Assembly: GCA_964016885.1 (NCBI GenBank)
Contig: OZ024742.1
Coordinates: 131,626,001-131,690,000, forward strand
Direction: 5' to 3'
Source: Eledone cirrhosa
Lineage: Eukaryota
DNA: 64,000 nt
A model generated the notes under the pieces. That model made no database searches, had not been told where the DNA came from, and saw only the letters and a program-made list of their open reading frames with translations. The translations under genes were made by a program, and so were the position numbers. Shown one piece after another: positions 57,701 to 64,000 of the stretch (the stretch's first letter is position 1; each line of letters begins with the position of its first letter).

Positions 57701-58721
57701 GTAATGGACTACAAATTTCAGAAGTCCCATTTACTGCTGAAATGGAAAACACAGAAAAAGCAAAGCAGGTAAAAGTAACTGCAAAGAAAGAACTGCTACA
57801 GAAACTGGCTAAGAAATGGCAAGAAAAGCCTCTGTATGGAAAATACCCAGAGCGAGCTAACAATCCTGATGTTGACAAAACTTTAACCCATCAGTGGTTG
57901 GCATCCTCTGGACTGAAATCGGAGACTGAAGGACTGATTATATCCGCACAAGATCAGTGTCTGCCAACAAAAAATTACCAAGCCAACATAATAAAAAATG
58001 GGTGCAGCCCATTATGCCGTGTATGCAAAAAACAACCAGAGACCATTGACCATATAATTTCAATGTGCAGTCCTATAGCTCCAACCGAATACCTAAACAG
58101 GCATGACAGAGCTGCACAATACATACATTGGATAATGTGCAAGCATTTTGACCTGCCCCATCAAAAGAATTGGTGGGAGCATCAACCACCTCCCATACTT
58201 GAAAAAGATCACATCTCAATCTTGTGGAACTTTAGCATCCAAACAGACCGAAAAATAGATGCAAATAGACCTGATATAATATTGAAGGACTTTCAAAGGA
58301 GGGTATGCCTGCTAATTGATATGTCTGTTCCAATAGACAAGAATGTATCTATAAAAACATTTGAAAAATTGAGCAAGTATAAGGACCTGGAGATAGAAAT
58401 TGGAAAAATGTGGAAATTGAGAACTAAAACAATACCAGTGGTTGTAGGCGCTCTGGGAATGATACCTAAGGGGTCTAACGACTACTTATCGCAAATCCCA
58501 GGAAACCCGCGTATAGGAGAAATACAAAAGATAGTACTAATGGGAACTGCCCATATACTAAGGAAGATCCTGTCAATATAAGTACATCACAAGTCTAAAC
58601 ACTAAGGATGCATGTGTGAATATGTGTGTTCTTTCTTGAACATGGCGGACCTTGTTGTCTCTTGAGGTCACTGGTTGTGACTTGGTGATAACTCGTATAA
58701 ACATAAAGCAAGATAAATGCA
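54770..58721 (+). mobile_element. Apparently full-length Dong/R4-clade retrotransposon, family B
   Basis: GC-rich structured 5' UTR, single uninterrupted ORF, 140-nt 3' UTR, (AAT)n at 58722-58757. Confidence 0.93.
54931..58581 (+). CDS. 1216-aa Myb-like / RT / CCHC / restriction-like endonuclease protein
   Basis: [53 protein letters not shown]...HIISMC, RHD, NRPDII...IDMSVP...EKLSKY. Confidence 0.95.
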   Translation: MSNDEISYRIGRHPGKKGPRPSERNQTGVEKSANGSNLPITSELETSHNRNTPTVGPPCSPPRNPKKKREKWSREDNKEVLEAFYTAMYYPSNTSNTEQTYINWKKKHPENRGYIDSNKLANIRRNIVRKKLLTDIEIDQIKLVAQSQRRENEACVSENEVNCNTSNPRVGAESLATEQIKERSEKVEGVHAQDETPNENNEIVNDKEMNENELANLKDEIMIEWMKMKESDMGERDTLPKIQNSKQNQKIIHKTNIILKNIIITNKLSITDLNHLYYASAKVTTHLCGVKMKKQRNSHKKSTWQDNINRQINLLRSDIEILTNYKVGEHVKQTKLRKLKKKYSIRSTCDIDMLIETIKQKVSAKAARIRRFEKRSRFYKDNNMFKNNQRNFYRKIGKSTITAKSIPPKEEVQEFWEKIWAEEKVHNIHAPWIDRQMKETAHLEEQTWENITVEQLRLALRKTSKWKSPGKDKIQNFWINAFTESHELLAQLYNEIVKEPEKIPSWLVNGITFLLPKNDETNNPKNYRPITCLTTMYKILTSVLTEYTYDHLITNDLFPIEQKGCKRGSYGCKDQLLVNKMILEDCHNRHKNLSIAWIDYKKAFDSLPHSWIEKCLEIFKISPVIRRFLSFSMRTWRTTLLLNSETKSLEAGEVNINCGIFQGDSLSPLLFCIALIPLSKMLNETKHGYRVYDKTINHLFYMDDLKLFAKNDEQLQGLLSTVKQFSDDIKMEFGLDKCAKATFTRGKLLKSSDINLDRGNVIRELDQEQTYKYLGVCEGDGIKHSTMRERIRKECYRRVRAILRTELNARNRIDAINTLAIPVVTYSYNVINWSSTEIRRLDTKIRKFLTMHRMHHPKADIDRIYLPRKEGGRGLIQLDIALKTATIGLSTYLRESHDWMIKLVLKHESTKRSYSITKDAQRYSNGLQISEVPFTAEMENTEKAKQVKVTAKKELLQKLAKKWQEKPLYGKYPERANNPDVDKTLTHQWLASSGLKSETEGLIISAQDQCLPTKNYQANIIKNGCSPLCRVCKKQPETIDHIISMCSPIAPTEYLNRHDRAAQYIHWIMCKHFDLPHQKNWWEHQPPPILEKDHISILWNFSIQTDRKIDANRPDIILKDFQRRVCLLIDMSVPIDKNVSIKTFEKLSKYKDLEIEIGKMWKLRTKTIPVVVGALGMIPKGSNDYLSQIPGNPRIGEIQKIVLMGTAHILRKILSI

Positions 58722-58758
<37 letters not shown>

Positions 58759-59000
58759 TTTTCTTTATTAACCACAAGGGTTCACATAAAGTAGACATTA
58801 AGGACAGTACAGGACAATACAGGACGGTACAAATGGGCATTTCTGCGTGTAAAAAAACAGAGGTTTAAATAAAATAACAAAGAAAAATTCCCCAATAGGG
58901 GGGAGACTTCCAAGGGACATTTGTGGAGAAAGCCCATTAAAAGACCACAGTGGCCCTGACCACCAGGGCAAGTGCCCTCTCCCAGTTTTCCACCTTTAAT

Positions 59001-62000
59001 TTACAGACACATACTCAGAGAAGGCCCATTCATTCGGGCCATACTTGCTTCTCTCACCCATCTTTCAACAAAATGCTGGGAAGAGAGCACTTCCCTCTCT
59101 ACCCTGATTTTCCTTTTCAAATGAAATTTGAAAAAGTTAATCAGGGCATCACCGAAGAGGTAAGTGCTCGTCTTCAGCCCTTTCAAACGTGTCCACCATA
59201 CTATCTCTTTCGCCATGGCCACCAGACAGATAAAAACTGCCTGCCCTTCCAGGCTAAAGGAAGGGGGCGGGGCAATCCTCACGATGGACTTAGCTGATAG
59301 CTGGATCCGTCCTACACGTGACAGCAGGTGTTCGACATAAACCCACAAGTCAGCAATGCTCGGACACTGGACGAGTGCGTGCAGGACGGTTTCGTCGCCC
59401 TGCGCGCATCTCGGACATGCCCGGCTGACGGCACCTCCATGCCTGTAGAGTTTATCCCGAACTGGCAAAGCTCCTCGGTAGCACTGCCAGGCCAGGGATT
59501 TCTGGAAGTTGTCCATAGGTCCCGGCCCGAAAGTCCTTCCGAAGAGATTGGCTAGTTGATTTTCGTCGACGCCTAGAGTTTCTCCAAGTACGTCGTCGCT
59601 CTTCCCCTCCACTAATCCCCTATAGAACGCCAAGGTGGAGTTTCCACCGATCACATTGCCCGATTGGTCGAGGGCTGTGAGCGCCTGAAGACATTCCAGT
59701 CTCCAAGCGCTCCCTCTCGGTCTTCGCTTGACCCAGGACTGCAGCTCCGTCAAGGAGACGAGCTGGGGAAAAACGCGTCTTGCAAACGGCGACCACACCT
59801 GATCACCGTCGAGGAAGAGGTGGAGATGTCGTAGCCTGAGCGCGTGCCTGCTCATCATCAGCCACGGCATGCCCAGCCCTCCACGTAGCGGGTGTTGACA
59901 GCAGATGGACCGCCTGACCATCGGAGCGCGTCCCTTCCACAAGAAGCGAAAGAGCAAACGCTCCAGCGCAGTCAGGCGGGGCTTAGGACAAGGTACGACG
60001 GTCAGGCGGTAGTAGATGACGGATGCGATGTACGCATTCGCCACCTCCGCTCGACCTTTCAGGGATAGCTTCCTCTCGGCCCATTTCTGGGTGAGAGAAG
60101 CCACCCTGCTCGTCACCTCGTCCCAGTTTTTGTCCGTCTGGAGGTCTGGACCGAACCAGACCCCTAGCAATTTAACCGGTCCGTCCGTCCAGCGCCCGAC
60201 GACGCTGTTGGACGGCATGGACCTGCCTCTCCAGGTGCCGAGCTGCATGCCCACTGACTTTTCCTGGTTGATCATTGCTCCTGTCACCGCTTCGTATTCT
60301 CTTAGTGTAGTGCCGATCGCCTCGATGTGTTTGGCGTTCGACACCACTACGGTGACATCGTCGGCATATGCTGACACGGATCTTCCGCATCCTAGTTCGC
60401 GCGGGACCCCCCTCAACGTCTCCGGTTTGTGCAGTAATGGCTCGAGAGTCAATACGTACAATAGGGACGAGAGGGGACATCCTTGGCGGACCGAGCGCAT
60501 GATGTTGAACGGTTCCGAAAGCTGACCGTTCACTCTCACTACAGAGCAGATGTCGCTGTGCATGGCAGCGATCCAGCCTCTGAAGACGGGCCCAAAGCCA
60601 GCCGCCCTCAGGACTGCCGTTAGGTAACGATGGTCGACCCTATCGAAGGCTTTCGACTGATCTAAATTGATCAAAGGCCCACCCGTGCCAGGTTCCCTAG
60701 CTACCCTCTCTACAATGTATCGCATGAGGTGGAGGTTGTCGTGGATGGATCTGTCGGGAATGGCGCATGTCTGTGCCTCTCCCACCAGACCACCAACGAC
60801 AAGCGCCAACCCCTTTGCTAGCACCTTGGCCAAAATCTTGGACTCTGTGTTTAGCAGAGTTATGAGCCTAAAATTATCTATGTTATCCCCCTTGTTCGGA
60901 TCTTTTCTCAGCAGCGCCACCGCTCCTCGGCTCACAGAGCTGGGAATTCTCCCGTTCTGTTGCAGTTGCAGTAGACGTCCGACAAGAGGCCTCCGAACAA
61001 GTCTGGCGTAAAGTTCATAGGGCAGACCATCCAAACCAGGCGATTTACCCCTTGTGCAGCCAGTCTTTGCCTCCCGTACTTCAGCGGTTGTTATCGGCTT
61101 TTCGCAACACTCCGCCTCAGTGGCCGAAAGCCGCGGCAGTCCGTCGAGGTAGACACTAAAGTCCATCACTCGATCCGGCCCGCCACTGCCCCCGAACAGT
61201 TGAGCGAAGTGTCGCTGAAAAGCTTCACACATTTGCCCGGGATCGAGTAGCATGCGCCCGTCGTGGTCCACCAAAGACCGGATCGTGGCTTTGTTGCCAC
61301 GGCGCGCCTCCGCCACTCGGGCCCATTGAACGGCTTTCGTCCCCTCGTGTCTGAGAGCAAGCACCTTAGCTCTGACAACGCAGCCTTCGTGCTTTGCATT
61401 GAAGAATTGGTCAAGGGCCAATTTCGCCGCAAGTACGTCGGTCGCGATGCCTTTGCTAAGCGCCTCGTCTAATTTTCTAACTAATTCTCCTTCTGCTCTA
61501 TTTTTCTCTATTGTTAAAGCCTTACTAAACCTAATGGACTCTATTTCTAATTGCTCTTTTCAGAGCAAACCACCACTTGTTGTTGACGATGGCCCCCGTC
61601 AACGCCCGCTTAACTAGTTCGCTAATCCGGTCTCTGTAGGCCTTGCGCGCTGGTAAGGACGCGTTTAGCTTCCAGTAGCCGGGTCCTCGTCTTTGAAGCC
61701 TATCTAAGTCAAGCACACAGATCACGAATTTGTGGTCCGCGTAGCTGACTATCTTGAATTGTGGACAGCCTATGCTAGACCTATCTATTTCCCTACAAAA
61801 TACTCTATCTAGATATGATCTGGATGACCCTATGCGATTTGTCCAAGTCTACATTGGTACATTCGGGAAATCCATTCGGTACCTATTAGACAGTTCAAAA
61901 CGCCTGAGCAGGTTGGTGAGACTCTTGCACCCTCCTTCCCTATCCACTAATCCCACACAATCCTAGCGTGCATCTAAGATCCCGTTCCAGTCGCCCACTA

Positions 62001-62412
62001 ACACTAAAGAGCGGGACGTTCCAAGAAAGGTCTCCAGACGCCGGAAGAAATCAGGCCGCCCTGCTCCTGTCGGGGCATAGACGGCCACTAACCTGAAAGC
62101 TTGCTCTTCTCCGCTGGTCACGTCCAGCACCACCAACTTACCTTCTGGGTCCAGGAAGATGGCCCGTATGGCAAGATCCAAACTTCTCCGAAAAAGCACA
62201 GCAACTCCTCCCCCCGATCCCGGACGGCTGGGAGATGCGTACACATCGTAGCCGCCGAAGATCGGTGCGAAGGCCCGTGCTTCGGAGATTCTGGTCTCGC
62301 TGATAGCCACTACATCTATGTTTAGTGACCTGAGGTCGTTGAGCAGGTGGCCCTGCTTCCATGACGACCCCAAGCCACGCGCATTTATGCTGCCTATTCT
62401 GAGTGAGGTCAT
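59001..62412 (-). pseudogene. Tx1 ORF2 (APE endonuclease plus RT plus C-terminal CCHC), disrupted
   Basis: SINARGL, ISET, AVYAP, GDWN, stop at 61963, GPGYWKLN, KSPGLDG, DQSKAFDRV, VRQGCPLS, YADD, CPRC...HALVQC. Confidence 0.9.
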
Positions 62413-62937
62413 GTTGAAAAGGAGTGGAACAGATGGGAAAGACCAATTACCTTACTTCTCGTAGGGGAAGGACGGTTTTTCCATCCTTTTCACTGTTTGT
62501 GGCCTCCTCAGGAACGATGTCCTTATAAATCCTTCTGGAGAGTGCTTGTCGGAAGTCTCCGATGTATTTGGGGAATTTTTGTTTTAGTGTCATGTACGTT
62601 TTCTGTGTGATGCGAGTGATTTGTATGTGTGGAGGTGGTGTGAATTTTGGGGTTGTTGTGTAGTCTTTTTCTGTGATGCTGGTGTTGTGTTGGATGTAGT
62701 GTAATAATTGCTTGTTGTTCAAATTTAATGCTGTGTAGTGTGTATCGTTTTGGTTGTTTTGTTTTGTTTGTGTTTGTTGTGGGTTTGTTTCTGTTTCGCA
62801 TTTTTGGTGACTTTTGTGGTGTAGGTTATGGTGGTGTTGGGGTTAATGATGGTGATGGTGTTGGTGTTTGGGTTGATGGGGTTGGTGATGCTGGTATGGA
62901 TGGTGGCATATCTGTCCTAACTTTTTTGTTTGTTAAT

Positions 62938-63870
62938 TTATTTGTTTCCCTCTGTATTTTGTTTTTGGAGGGGGAAGGAAGAGAATTTTTTTCTTTTTTG
63001 GTTTATTTTTATTTTTCCTGATACCGTTTCCCACTCCTCGTCGTCACAATCTGTCTCCAGTTGTGATAGGCTGGGGAGTGGAAAATCCTCCACAGGCGTT
63101 AGTTTTGGTTGTGGCGTGGTGGATGGTGTAGGCGCTGGTGCTAGTTCTGGCGCGTTGGGTGGTGGTGGTGTTGGTTTTGCTGGTGGTGGTGGTGTTGGTT
63201 TTGCTACTGTTGCTGGGGTTGTTGCTGTTATAGTTGCTTCTGTTGTTGCTGCTACAGTTGTTGCTGCCATCTCTGCTACTGGTGGTGTTGATGGTTGTGT
63301 CACTGGGGTGGGTAGGAGAGGTGGCCTCAACCTTTTAGCCTGAGGGCAGAAAGCCCTTAGGTGGGTTCCTTCACCACAAACGACACACCTAGGCCTTCTG
63401 TCCTCGACAATTACGGAGAGGTGGCTGCCGTCAGTGAGGTCTATTATCTCCGGGATCTCCTCAATGCTTTTTTGGTCCGCTTGGATCAGGAGCTCCATCC
63501 CAGATCCGGACCAGTTCTCCTGCTTTTCTTTTGCTATTGCTATTATCTTTGTGTTGGCTTCGATGCCGGCGAGGACGGCCGCTATTAACCAGGGAATTTC
63601 GATGGCCGGTGGAACGTGGGTCACCCTGATCTTTACGAGTCTCTGGCCACAATAGGTTGGGACGAGTGTGAAGTCGTCACTTCTTAATGTGGCCATGGAG
63701 TGTTCTCTAGCCTCCTCTAGTGTTTCAAAGGACACGTCCACGGTTCCATACTTCTGCCCACGTCTGATGTGGGTTTTTCTTGCCCACACATGTCCCAAAA
63801 CTTTTTGGATTTGGGACTCGGATGCCCGTTCCACTCCGCGCGATTTTACATTTATTGTTCTATACGACAC
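62938..63870 (-). CDS. Tx1 ORF1 (gag-like, zinc knuckle, Pro/Thr-rich), probably incomplete at both ends
   Basis: CVVCGEGTHLRAFC CCHC knuckle, located upstream of ORF2. Confidence 0.8.
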   Translation of the reverse strand: MSYRTINVKSRGVERASESQIQKVLGHVWARKTHIRRGQKYGTVDVSFETLEEAREHSMATLRSDDFTLVPTYCGQRLVKIRVTHVPPAIEIPWLIAAVLAGIEANTKIIAIAKEKQENWSGSGMELLIQADQKSIEEIPEIIDLTDGSHLSVIVEDRRPRCVVCGEGTHLRAFCPQAKRLRPPLLPTPVTQPSTPPVAEMAATTVAATTEATITATTPATVAKPTPPPPAKPTPPPPNAPELAPAPTPSTTPQPKLTPVEDFPLPSLSQLETDCDDEEWETVSGKIKINQKRKKFSSFPLQKQNTEGNK

Positions 63871-64000
63871 GGTGCATAGGCGCCGATGCTCAATTTTATT
63901 TGGTGGGGGGGGGGGGGTCTGGCCCTGTACCCATCTTTCTTTACCATTTGTTTGGCATTTTCTAAATCCTCCTGAGTTACCGTAAATGCTTCGAACTATT

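Larger units (their letters stand above)
58758..64000 (-). mobile_element. Tx1/L1-clade non-LTR retrotransposon, 5' end outside the window
   Basis: ORF1, then an APE-RT ORF2, a 3' UTR with AATAAA and an (ATT)n tail. Confidence 0.92.

Noticed and set aside
60016-63985. Plus-strand ORFs over the Tx1 element
   Set aside because: They are antisense shadows of GC-rich coding sequence.

Overview
AT-rich, microsatellite-dense animal genomic DNA, most likely a cephalopod such as Octopus (inferred from the SINE type and (TA)n/(CA)n load). No host protein-coding exon is recognisable, and most ORFs in the track are microsatellite translations. The window is almost entirely mobile DNA. It holds three families of R4/Dong-clade RLE non-LTR retrotransposons: one intact 1216-aa ORF at 54931-58581, a train of truncated copies in a (TAA)n tract at about 4.1-10 kb, and a third family sitting in (CATA)n. 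It also holds Tx1/L1-clade elements with (ATT)n tails, a tRNA-derived SINE sharing that 3' tail, Penelope-like fragments, a Gypsy integrase plus LTR, Helitron and Tc1/mariner relics, and RTE remnants. The most striking unannotated signal is a set of non-coding, (TA)n-embedded elements carrying type I hammerhead ribozyme folds. The best case is a 325-nt tandem, circularly permuted retrozyme-like repeat (31437-31920, 27122-27450) that also carries CTCF-like and octamer motifs. A 385-bp fold-back palindrome with one hammerhead per arm lies at 42499-42883. All RNA folds were paired by eye and none was computed.
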